64,000 nucleotides of DNA from Zygnema circumcarinatum SAG 698-1b (lineage: Eukaryota > Plantae > Zygnematophyceae): contig CM074816.1 of NCBI GenBank assembly GCA_037447605.1, positions 2,322,525 through 2,386,524 on the forward strand. Reading direction: 5' to 3'. Position 1 is the first letter of the stretch, and each line of letters begins with the position of its first letter. A program made the translations under genes and the position numbers. Of this stretch, positions 1 through 11,300 are shown one piece after another. Under the pieces are notes generated by a model that saw only the letters and a program-made list of their open reading frames with translations, had not been told where the DNA came from and ran no database searches.

Positions 1-280
1 AATATTCAAACAAAGCAGATATTTCGTTCCTAGGGCGAGCGAGCGCATGCGCTTAAACAAAGAGGCCGCATTGGGAACTCGCCTGTTTGGGCAGCACCTA
101 CGGAAAAATGGCGGCAGGAGGGTTCTTTCTGACCTTTCCGGTATTTTTGATCAACGAGAGGGTGTTGTGTGACTTCTGGGTAAACTTGGGGTTCTGAATT
201 CGGCGTTCAAAAGTGCTCATGTTCATGGAAGCATCTTGCTCGGCCAGTCCGTGCTCTCTTGGTTGCAGACGACTGAACTT
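1..280 (+). other. Probable 3' end and downstream flank of a third, upstream paralog of the LRR-papain-LysM gene
   Basis: agcgcatgcgcttaaac...gcagcacctacggaaa (40-105) matches the stop regions at 17345-17410 and 48580-48645. Bases 145-260 match 17588-17695. The coding frame cannot be fixed. Confidence 0.6.
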
Positions 281-339
281 TTTTTTTTTTTTTTTTTTTT
301 TGTACTGAAGTACGCGTTCTATTAGTGACGCGGACACGC

Positions 340-425
340 GGCAATCCATGAGCCCCCCTCCTCCAACTCCACCTCCCAGCCCCCCTCCTCCGACTCCACC
401 TCCCAGCCCCCCTCCTCCAACTCCA
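340..425. repeat. About 27-bp C-rich tandem repeat, 3 copies
   Basis: Unit agcccccctcctcc(a/g)actccacctccc; absent from the homologous spacer at 30520-30545. Confidence 0.75.
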
Positions 426-672
426 TGGTTTGAGGCCGAATGTGATGATTCAATTCGTGGTGCTTTGAAAAGTGTGCGCGTATCCTTTTGAAGCAAGTGC
501 GCATACCCATCCCGAGCTCGGCGCCGGGCGGTGCGCGCACACCCCTCAGAGGCGGAGAACAGTTCGCTGCCAGTTCCGCGTCGCAGCGCACGGAGGGATT
601 GGCGGAGGCCACATGGCGGAACACGGCTTCGGCAGTTCCGTTGTGATGTACGGACTGGAAAAGCTGGGACCA

Positions 673-1486
673 CAGTCAACAGTCCTCATATTTTCGCCAT
701 GGTTTTGGCAAATATGAGGCGAAAATATTAGGGGGAGTCAGACCTTGACCATCGCCCGCGGAATTGGAAGATTCCGCCGGCGGAAAGGTATTGATTTCGA
801 TTGCAGAATTCGGTTCGGAAACTGCGGCTCCCCCGAACCTGTCTGTCCCGTCCGTACTTCGAAATAGGTTACAAAAATGAGATATAGGCTCGGCGCCCGA
901 GCCTGTCGAACGTCCATTTTTGGCGAAAAAGGCCTGCCGTACAACGCGGAATTGGCCCGACGGGCTCGCGGAATTAGTTTGGCGATGGACAAGGTCTGAC
1001 TCCCCCTATTGATTTTTGCAAATAGATGGTTCGTGTTACCAATTGACGGGTGGTATTGTTAGAGTTCATGTTGGACCGTACGTATCGTACCGTACCATAT
1101 CGTACCGCATCGTACCGTGTCGTTCAGTATCGTGTCGTATCGGAGCCAAGAAGGAAGGAAAGACGAGCGAGCGCCTCTTACGGTATCGTGTCGTATCGGA
1201 GCCAAGAAGGAGGAAAGACGAGCGAGCGCCTCTTACGGCGGCACTTGCGGGAAGATTCGGTGAGTTTTGCTGAAGCCCGTAACGGCTAGTACAGGAAGTA
1301 CGGAAAGTACGGCTAGTACGACTAGTACGGTTTTGAGGGTTTCTAGGGTTTTAGGGTTTTAGGGGTACGAATAGTACGGGTACTACGGCTAACACAGAGT
1401 TACCGTACAAGAAGGTGGTTTCGGCAAAATCGGGGCGAATTTCTTGGAGACGCACTGTACAGGGAGGAAAATATGACTGTTGAATG
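673..1486. mobile_element. Tc1/mariner-like MITE with degenerate ends, carrying a nested MITE
   Basis: Ends cagtcaacagtcctcatattttc / gaaaatatgactgttgaatg are inverted repeats. The interior is homologous to 30820-31601 and (reverse complement) to 55654-56079. Confidence 0.6.
730..1007. mobile_element. PIF/Harbinger (Tourist-like) MITE, 278 bp
   Basis: About 27-bp TIR AGGGGGAGTCAGACCTTG(A/T)CCATCGCC; 3-bp TSD ATT (727-729, 1008-1010). The empty site aaaatattgatttt is seen in the homolog near 30870. Confidence 0.85.
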
Positions 1487-4400
1487 CATACGGACTCAGG
1501 TCGTCCGTATTGTACAAGTGATTGCGGCGACTGTACCAAGTCGAGCGGCGGTGAGGATCCGATTCTGCAGCGAATCGAGCCACGTGGCATGCCACGTGTT
1601 GGCTAGCGAATGGGAACGCCGCCCCATCGACATTGGATCGTTAATAGCGCGCTTAACGCGTACGGACACTCTACGACGTCGCTCGCAGCCACGAACTTGA
1701 GGGAAGCCAGGAGTCAACCAATTGTCGCGTGGCAAAAAATGCGGCGTCATTCCCACGATGTCGTTTTCGAAATCTCTCAAATTTCGGTAATAAATTTTCG
1801 CTTACAAACTTGAGAGATCGGTTTGTCTTTTAGCTCTCGACCGGGGTCGAAACTTTTCAATTTCCGCGACGTTCCACGTGTGCAGGCTGCGCGGTGCTTT
1901 TCCCCTGACCGCGGGCAGCCGGGACTGACCGCGTCAGCCTCGTTGTCGTGTCAGAGGAGGGAGAGGCGGTGAGGGGAAGCCACGGCTGGGAGTGGGAATG
2001 GAGACGGAGTGAGAGAGGGAAGGGGTGAGGGAAAGGGAGAGGGAGTGGGAGGGGGAGAGGGAGGGGGAGAGAGAGGGGGAGGGGAGAGGGAGAGGGAGAG
2101 GAGGAGGGGGAGGGGGAGAGGGAGAGGGAGAGGAGGAGAAGGAGGGGAGGAGGTGGGGGAGGGGGGAAGGGACAGAAAGAGCGCGAGTGGGGAAGTGGGA
2201 CGACGAGAGAGTGAGAGGGAGTGAGCAGCTAAAGCAAGTGGGGCAGAGGCTTTAAAGCTCGAGGAATTTGAGCCGCGGCAGAGGGCGGTGTTGCACGATA
2301 AAAGGAGGGCGTTGAAGGTAGAGGGGTTGCGGGACATACGGGGGAGGGGTCCAAGCAAAGCAATGCACTTTTTTTTTTTTCGTAAAGTTGAAGTATCGTA
2401 GCATTGACTTGTGCTCTGCTGTTCAGGGCTGTTTGGTGTTCCTGTTGAAAGATTCTGCCGCCATGGCGAAGTGGGGCGGCTTCGCAGCTCTGTTCATGCT
2501 CGCTGTGACGTGTGGTCGAGCTCAAGGTGGGTCGGATGCGCTGGAGTGCGAGGAAGGGAGAGAGGGATGGAGGGAGGGAGGGAGGGGGAGAGGGGAGAGA
2601 AGGGAGAGAGAGAGGGAGGGAGGGAGGGAGGGAGGGAGTGAGGGAGGGAGGGAGGGAGGGAGGGGGGGGAAGTGGGAAGTAGAGGAGGAGGGTTAGCGGA
2701 CATGGAAGCTGGGAGTCTTGGCGTCGGTGGGAGTGGTGAAGAATGTGTGGGAGAGGTTGAAATTGGAAGAGTAACCCGCGTTCAACCTGTATCCTGCTGT
2801 TCAGCTCAGGAAATATATCTCTTCAATTTGAGTTGATCTCACATTGTCATTGCTGTCTTCGTTCCAAGAAGAAAAACTTGTGTGCTTTTTGTGGTTTCTC
2901 TGCTTGTAGTCTTGTTGCATTCTTGTTTCAGAACATCTAACTCCGCCTCTGCTAAGCTTAATGGAAGACATTGGTCCCAATTCAGGTCCATTTTGGAAGA
3001 ATCACTTGCTCCTGTCGCTATGTTTGGCTTTGTAAGAAAATGTGTTGGGCTAGCAGATGCGTTTGACTATGTTCCCAATATTGAAATAGACGGGAATGAC
3101 TTGGCATCTGTCAGTGTTTCTTCTTCGGGGGAAGGCGCCCAGCTCTGCGTCCAGTCTTGCCAGTGTGTCTGTTTTTCTATAGAGTCATACAACTACTTTA
3201 CTGATACCGTNNNNNNNNNNGTATCGTGTCGTATCGGAGCCAAGAAGGAAGGAAAGACGAGCGAGCGCCTCTTACGGTATCGTGTCGTATCGGAGCCAAG
3301 AAGGAGGAAAGACGAGCGAGCGCCTCTTACGGCGGCACTTGCGGGAAGATTCGGTGAGTTTTGCTGAAGCCCGTAACGGCTAGTACAGGAAGTACGGAAA
3401 GTACGGCTAGTACGACTAGTACGGTTTTGAGGGTTTCTAGGGTTTTAGGGTTTTAGGGGTACGAATAGTACGGGTACTACGGCTAACACAGAGTTACCGT
3501 ACAAGAAGGTGGTTTCGGCAAAATCGGGGCGAATTTCTTGGAGACGCACTGTACAGGGAGGAAAATATGACTGTTGAATGCATACGGACTCAGGTCGTCC
3601 GTATTGTACAAGTGATTGCGGCGACTGTACCAAGTCGAGCGGCGGTGAGGATCCGATTCTGCAGCGAATCGAGCCACGTGGCATGCCACGTGTTGGCTAG
3701 CGAATGGGAACGCCGCCCCATCGACATTGGATCGTTAATAGCGCGCTTAACGCGTACGGACACTCTACGACGTCGCTCGCAGCCACGAACTTGAGGGAAG
3801 CCAGGAGTCAACCAATTGTCGCGTGGCAAAAAATGCGGCGTCATTCCCACGATGTCGTTTTCGAAATCTCTCAAATTTCGGTAATAAATTTTCGCTTACA
3901 AACTTGAGAGATCGGTTTGTCTTTTAGCTCTCGACCGGGGTCGAAACTTTTCAATTTCCGCGACGTTCCACGTGTGCAGGCTGCGCGGTGCTTTTCCCCT
4001 GACCGCGGGCAGCCGGGACTGACCGCGTCAGCCTCGTTGTCGTGTCAGAGGAGGGAGAGGCGGTGAGGGGAAGCCACGGCTGGGAGTGGGAATGGAGACG
4101 GAGTGAGAGAGGGAAGGGGTGAGGGAAAGGGAGAGGGAGTGGGAGGGGGAGAGGGAGGGGGAGAGAGAGGGGGAGGGGAGAGGGAGAGGGAGAGGAGGAG
4201 GGGGAGGGGGAGAGGGAGAGGGAGAGGAGGAGAAGGAGGGGAGGAGGTGGGGGAGGGGGGAAGGGACAGAAAGAGCGCGAGTGGGGAAGTGGGACGACGA
4301 GAGAGTGAGAGGGAGTGAGCAGCTAAAGCAAGTGGGGCAGAGGCTTTAAAGCTCGAGGAATTTGAGCCGCGGCAGAGGGCGGTGTTGCACGATAAAAGGA

Positions 4401-5304
4401 GGGCGTTGAAGGTAGAGGGGTTGCGGGACATACGGGGGAGGGGTCCAAGCAAAGCAATGCACTTTTTTTTTTTTCGTAAAGTTGAAGTATCGTAGCATTG
4501 ACTTGTGCTCTGCTGTTCAGGGCTGTTTGGTGTTCCTGTTGAAAGATTCTGCCGCCATGGCGAAGTGGGGCGGCTTCGCAGCTCTGTTCATGCTCGCTGT
4601 GACGTGTGGTCGAGCTCAAGGTGGGTCGGATGCGCTGGAGTGCGAGGAAGGGAGAGAGGGATGGAGGGAGGGAGGGAGGGGGAGAGGGGAGAGAAGGGAG
4701 AGAGAGAGGGAGGGAGGGAGGGAGGGAGGGAGTGAGGGAGGGAGGGAGGGAGGGAGGGGGGGGAAGTGGGAAGTAGAGGAGGAGGGTTAGCGGACATGGA
4801 AGCTGGGAGTCTTGGCGTCGGTGGGAGTGGTGAAGAATGTGTGGGAGAGGTTGAAATTGGAAGAGTAACCCGCGTTCAACCTGTATCCTGCTGTTCAGCT
4901 CAGGAAATATATCTCTTCAATTTGAGTTGATCTCACATTGTCATTGCTGTCTTCGTTCCAAGAAGAAAAACTTGTGTGCTTTTTGTGGTTTCTCTGCTTG
5001 TAGTCTTGTTGCATTCTTGTTTCAGAACATCTAACTCCGCCTCTGCTAAGCTTAATGGAAGACATTGGTCCCAATTCAGGTCCATTTTGGAAGAATCACT
5101 TGCTCCTGTCGCTATGTTTGGCTTTGTAAGAAAATGTGTTGGGCTAGCAGATGCGTTTGACTATGTTCCCAATATTGAAATAGACGGGAATGACTTGGCA
5201 TCTGTCAGTGTTTCTTCTTCGGGGGAAGGCGCCCAGCTCTGCGTCCAGTCTTGCCAGTGTGTCTGTTTTTCTATAGAGTCATACAACTACTTTACTGATA
5301 CCGT
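1127..5304. other. Apparently exact 2084-bp direct duplication (1127-3210 = 3221-5304) flanking a 10-N gap; most likely an unmerged contig overlap
   Basis: The ORF track is identical at offset 2094. The copy starts at a 54-bp tandem repeat and breaks mid-exon at the gap. Confidence 0.8.
3674..3693. promoter_or_regulatory. Paired G-box/ABRE-like motif upstream of gene copy 1 (also at 1580-1599 in the duplicated segment)
   Basis: CCACGTGGCATGCCACGTGT, identical to 31648-31667 upstream of copy 2. Confidence 0.4.
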
Positions 5305-8300
5305 GTTCCAAAATTGGCTGAAACGTGCAACTGACATTCTCGTGGTTAGTGGCTCTTTTTACGACACATACGTTCTCACGAATGAGTCTCCAAAGTCAAC
5401 TCCTGAGTCGGTTTTTGATATCTATCAGATAGTGTCTGCCATGGTTTGAGGATTCTGAACGCTTTTGAACTCCAGCTCCACTAAATGGTTCTTTGAACTG
5501 ATTTCAGTGCTCACTAAATGCAGCTAAATCAAACTTTCTTCTGTACAATGCACATCGATGGACGAATACAACCGCAAACCTTTCTTGTCAGTACAAAAGT
5601 GGAAATTTCTCGGAATATTGCTTGACGATTCATTGCTTGATTACTTCCAAGCGCTATCCTTTGGAATCAGTCCTGAATGCGTCCGTCCCCCCACTCTCTA
5701 TCTGGTTTGGGTGTTGAGTGTTGTTTTCAGGGCTTGGTTCTTACCCTTGTGCCGGACTCTTGAACGAATATGACCCCTATGAAAAATTTGACTCAGAAGG
5801 GTTTGACTTAAGTGGAGAACTTGTAAGCTCCGTCGCCTATTGCAAAACCGCCTGCGACCGTGAGTGCAGGTGCCTCGCCTTCGCAGTCCAAGATCAAGGG
5901 GACGGGAGCTTTATTTGCGCAACAAAATACTATACTCGCCCTGTCTCAGAATGGGCGAGAAGACCGACCCGGGTACTGTTCAGGCGGCGAGATATGGGTA
6001 TGTGTCCTATGCCAGCTCAAGATATCAGTTCTAACACAGGTGCAGAAAATCTGTCCAGCATCGAAGGTTTTAGGTTTCGTTCAGCCAGACATGAAGTTTA
6101 ATAAAGGATAAGAAATAGATATCCAATACAGTCAGCAGCACGAGAAAGTTAGAAAGGAATGACTCTTGAAGCACACCACACTCTGACACACTTTTCTGTT
6201 TTGGTGCTTGATAGCTTGTTGTGAGAGCTTGACTAATTTACTGCAAGACTAAACCGAATTAGTTTCATACTTCAAGATTAATCTGCCCTTACACGTTGGA
6301 ATCAACGGGTATTGCAGGCAATTTGGCTCTCAACAGGCCCGCTTTTCAGTCCAGTACCTATGCAGATTGGCCATCTTTAGCACTGAATGCTGTGGATGGC
6401 TTCTCTGGCGATGGGAACTTCTTTACGGCTTCATGCACCCACACTCTTAGCGGTTCACCACAATGGTGGAAAGTGGACCTGTTGACCTCCACGGTGGTGG
6501 GCTCGGTGATGCTGTACGGCCGGACGGACTGCTGCCAAGACCGGATGAACGGAGTGACGGTGTGGGTGGGCGATGGCAACTCCACCTTCAATGGGGACGG
6601 GAATCAGGAGTGTGACCCCGGCAATGTCTTCGCATATTCAGACACAAGCAGCGGCTTTCCCTTTGTTAAGAAGTGCGCTTCTCTGCGCGGACAATTCGTT
6701 TGGGTGTACCCCAGTAATTTTAATCCTGTCACTTTATGTGAAGTGAAGGTCTTTGGAGGCTCTAGAGGTACGTCTTCCGCTCTTAATTTATACCCAAACC
6801 AATATCCAAACCATCCAAAATAATAACATGCATTACATATATTCTTCTGTCCGCACCTCCTTTTGCAGGAGAATGCGAGCTAACAGAACCATCGTTCCTT
6901 ATAAAAGTGATATTCTGTTTTGTATTTGTGCTGTAAAGATTGCCGGTTATATGGGCTACATGGTTAACTGATATGACGATTCTTTTTTCTTCTCTTTGTG
7001 CATGAATCCACATTGCAGAAAACTTGGCTCTGAACAAGCCTGCCTCGCAGGTAGACGATCCAATTCACGCTCCTGCACTGAGGGCTGTGGACGGCTCCGA
7101 TGGTGGTGGTGACTTTAATAGCGGTACATGCACCCGCACGAACAATAGCCCGTCCAGTTGGTGGAGAGTGGATCTGCTTGCGACCGTGAGGGTGGACTCA
7201 GTCGAGTTGTGGAACCGCTTAGACTGTTGTTCAGATCGCCTGAACGGAGTGATGGTGTGGATCGGCAGCAATGACGCCACATGGAACGCCGACGGAAATG
7301 AGGAGTGTGACCCCAGTAACGTCTTTCAATACTCAGACACAAGCAGCGGCTTTCCCTTTGTCAAGCAGTGCTTCCTGTTAGTTGGACGATTCGTTTGGGT
7401 GGTCATCAACAGCGGCCAGCCCCTCACATTATGCGAAGTGAAGGTTTTTGGATCGATTTTAGGAGCGTTGGAAGGTACATATGGCATCCTCATAATCACT
7501 TTTGAGAACCAAAATAGGTGAAGAAAAGCTAGTCCAACCATCAATGGATTAGCACTGGTAGATAGCAGAGCTGATTACACGAAGGTGAATAAAGAACAAG
7601 CCATAAGCTACAGTCAATAAAAAACTTTATGAAAAGACTCGCTCGTGCAGTATATCACACTCCGACACACTTTTTCTGTTTTGGTGCTTGATAGCTTGTT
7701 GTGAGAGCTTGACTTTTTTCCTGGAAGACAAACGAATTGGTTTCATACTTGAAGATTAATCTGCCTTTACACGTTGGAATCAACGGGTTTTGCAGGCAAT
7801 TTGGCTCTAAACAGGCCCGCTTTTCAGTCCAGTACCTATGCAGATTGGCCATCTTTAGCACTGAATGCTGTGGATGGCTTCTCTGGCGATGGGAACTTCT
7901 TTACGGCTTCATGCACCCACACTCTTAGCGGTTCACCACAATGGTGGAAAGTGGACCTGTTGACCTCCACGGTGGTGGGCTCGGTGATGCTGTACGGCCG
8001 GACGGACTGCTGCCAAGACCGGATGAACGGAGTGACGGTGTGGGTGGGCGATGGCAACTCCACCTTCAATGGGGACGGGAATCAGGAGTGTGACCCCGGC
8101 AATGTCTTCGCATATTCAGACACAAGCAGCGGCTTTCCCTTTGTTAAGAAGTGCGCTTCTCTGCGCGGACAATTCGTTTGGGTGTACCCCAGTAATTTTA
8201 ATCCTGTCACTTTATGTGAAGTGAAGGTTTTTAGGAGCTCTGAAGGTAGGCCTTGAACTCTCCCTAAGTAGTCCTCTCTTACTTCAACCCAATCTTGTTT

Positions 8301-11300
8301 GTAACAGTGATGGTAGAAACAATGCTTCACCGCCTCTCCCTGGCATAGGGAATGTTTGTCACAAGGGAAGTATAACGTGAACTTGAACTAGTGGCGGAGA
8401 GTGGTTTAACTGAAAATTCTGATATGAGTATGTGCGTCTGCTCCTTCACTGTGTTCGGCTGTGCAGGAACATGTGTAGGAGGTCCAGCAGAAACGTACGA
8501 ATATGTTCCAAATAAAGTTGCTAATTTGAATGACATTGGCAGCGCTTTAGTTTCTTCTGCGGGAGACTGCAAACAGCTTTGCACAAGCTTCTGCCAATGC
8601 GTCGGTTTTTCAATAACTCAAGGAATCGGTTATGGAGACGGAAGCCAGTTCCAATGCTGGCTGAAATATGCAATAGACTCTCCCACAGATAGTAGCTCTG
8701 TTCACACATACATACGCCGAAGTAAGTCACCATACCTTGGTTTGAGTCCTTGGCTTTGCTCGAGTAGTTAGTGGTTGAAATTGTTGAGTGCTCTGACCAC
8801 GACTGACTCTTTGCCTTCACCAGAAGAATCATAATTAATGTCCTTGATCTTATTTTACAGTACAAGAAAGTGGTAAGGCTCATATTTCGTACGTATGTCC
8901 AACTCAGGGTAATACACTATTCAAAGGAAGTTATTCTTGCGAGAGTTGTTGTCAATAGTCTAGCTGTGTGTATGCTTCAGAAATTGGCGAATTTTATGAT
9001 CTTTTTGTTTTCGTAAAACCTTGCAGCGTACTCTTTCCCTCCTCCAAGACCGCCATCAAGTCCACCTCCTCCTCCTCCTTCTCCTCCTCCTCCTCGAAAA
9101 CAGCCTCCACCTCGGTCTCGTCCGCCCCCTCCAAGGCCGCCTCCCTCTCCGCCTCCTCCGCGATCGCCGCCACCTCGACCTCCCCCAAGGCCGCCACCGC
9201 CGCCGCCGCCGCCACTTTCTCCGGAAGGTAATGGAAAGTTATAACTATTGTTGCGTTCCTCTGTTCTTTTAATCTCTATCTTTTGTTTGGTTGCACAGAC
9301 ATTCGTCATCGTTGAACTAGTACTACCTTTGAGGAAAATCATTCCTCCTATATGAGAAAGGTTTGCTGGCTGCGAGCTCGAAGCATCACGGGGATAGCAA
9401 CCATACAAAGTGCGGTGTTCAATAGTAAGAGGGAAGAGAGCACAGTCACTCATCGTTCTCGTAGAGATCTGGTGCTTGAGCCTGCTCTCCCGATGCCTAT
9501 TGAGCTTACTGTGTGGCTTCAAGCTAGTCTAAGAATTTCTCAATGGCTGTCTCTTCTGGCAATTGGTACAGTCGTTGCTCTTTTGGAGTTCAAGAGGGCG
9601 ATTGCAAACGACGTCCTTCGTAACTGGAAGCTGCAGAGCTCTGTATGCGACTGGGAAGGTGTAGGATGCACCACAACTTTGCCGAAAAGAGTCAACAAAC
9701 TGTGAGAAATCCTTCCTTGTCAACTCTTCATTCTTCAAATGTGATTTTTAGGGATGGAGGCAATGCTTATTTTGGTTATTTAAGAAATAGAAGTACAAAC
9801 GTGGATTGCCTGTCGCTAAACAAAACGAACTTTGATCCAAAAAAGGAAAATATTGACTCAGAATTATTCAAGTTTTGTCCTTTGCTGTAAAAATCGTGGT
9901 GACTTATCAGAGAAGGAAAATCCTACTTAGTTGAAGAGTCTCCTTGGTAATGAGTCTGTGTGGAGGTCATGAAGGGAACAAGAGAGAGACAAACAGAAAA
10001 GGCTCTGCGCTTTCAAGACCAAAAAAAAAAAAACAGGAATACACCTAAGATCTAACGCCTGACGAAGAGTATCAGCTATTATGTCTGAAGTGAAGAAACT
10101 CTTATTGAGAGAAACAGAACTTTCCAAGACAACCATCTGAAGCGCGCGTGTCGGTTTTGACAGCTTGTTGCCCGGAGGTAATCTGGTCAGTCCGCTGAAC
10201 GGCACGATCTCCCCCTCCATCGGCAGCCTTGCAGCTTTGGAAGAATTGTGAGCACCTCTTCCCCCTGTCGATCTTCGATAGCCAACTTTGGCATAGGGAA
10301 GCGAATAATTTCGTGCATGCCTGCAAAATGTGTACTGTGACCTAAACCTGTCGTATGAAAAGTACTCTACGAAGTTTTTTTTCCATATTTGTACCTTCTA
10401 GCTACGAAAATGCCACTACCTTATGCTCAGATGCACATTGTGTGCAATGTCGCAGGGATTTGTCGAACAACAAACTCAGCGGCGTCATTCCGGACACACT
10501 TGGCCAACTTCAGAATTTGAAAAAATTGTGTGTGATATTCACCTTTGGCCATTGTTTTGTAATGGAAAAAGTGTGATATGGTCTGCGACAAAGGACGAAT
10601 TGGACGTCTGCCTACCATTGAGCCTATTTTGTGTTCATTTCTCAAAATCCGCCGCTTTGATCCTGTGCTTGCTTTGCCAGGATTATTTTTTATGTGACTC
10701 ATTTGTTTACTACGGGTGCCTTTCGCTATGGCAGGACTTTGTCAAATAATGATTTGACGGGCGTTATTCCCTCTTCCTTCAGCAACCTCACCTCTCTGAC
10801 TGAGATGTAAGTGCCGAGTTGACTGCCCGACCAAGATGAGTGCCCACGTTTCTGCTATGTGTGTTAAGAAAAGCTTGCAACCTCCAACTGTTTGATCGAG
10901 TGGAATTTCAATCCTGCGGATAGGATATGAGTCAGTGCTTCAAAGGAGTATCAACCCTATCCACTGAAACGGATCGGATTGACATTGACTTGTGGCTGCT
11001 TTCGTGCAGATCATTGTCAATAAATCGGCTTACTGGGGGGATTCCCACTTCCTTCGAAAATCTAAAGTCTCTTTCTATACTGTGAGTGTCATTCTGGTCT
11101 TCACTAATTTACTCTGCTGTTTCAGAAAATACTGTTATTTTTGTCATCATGTAATAAAAAGACATAGTTCATCAGCTGTGCGGCAACTAACTGGATGCAG
11201 ATAGCTTAACACAAGTGATCGCAATTGACCAAACGACCAAGCATTCTCGTCGGTCAGTTCTATGACGGAATGAACAGAGAACTGGAGACTCTAATGAGAG

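Noticed and set aside
1951-2703. Glu/Gly/Arg-rich and Pro/Ser-rich ORFs (also 4045-4797 and 32013-32578)
   Set aside because: They come from GA-rich low-complexity leader and intron tracts.
1127-5304. Apparent tandem duplication of the promoter and first exons
   Set aside because: The copies appear identical, abut a 10-N gap and break mid-exon, so this is most likely an assembly overlap rather than biology.
9352-9705. Separate gene start or transmembrane segment before the LRRNT
   Set aside because: The ORF is intron read-through. The acceptor at 9571 joins in phase with the stalk exon, and the copy 2 homolog of this upstream ORF is not conserved in frame.
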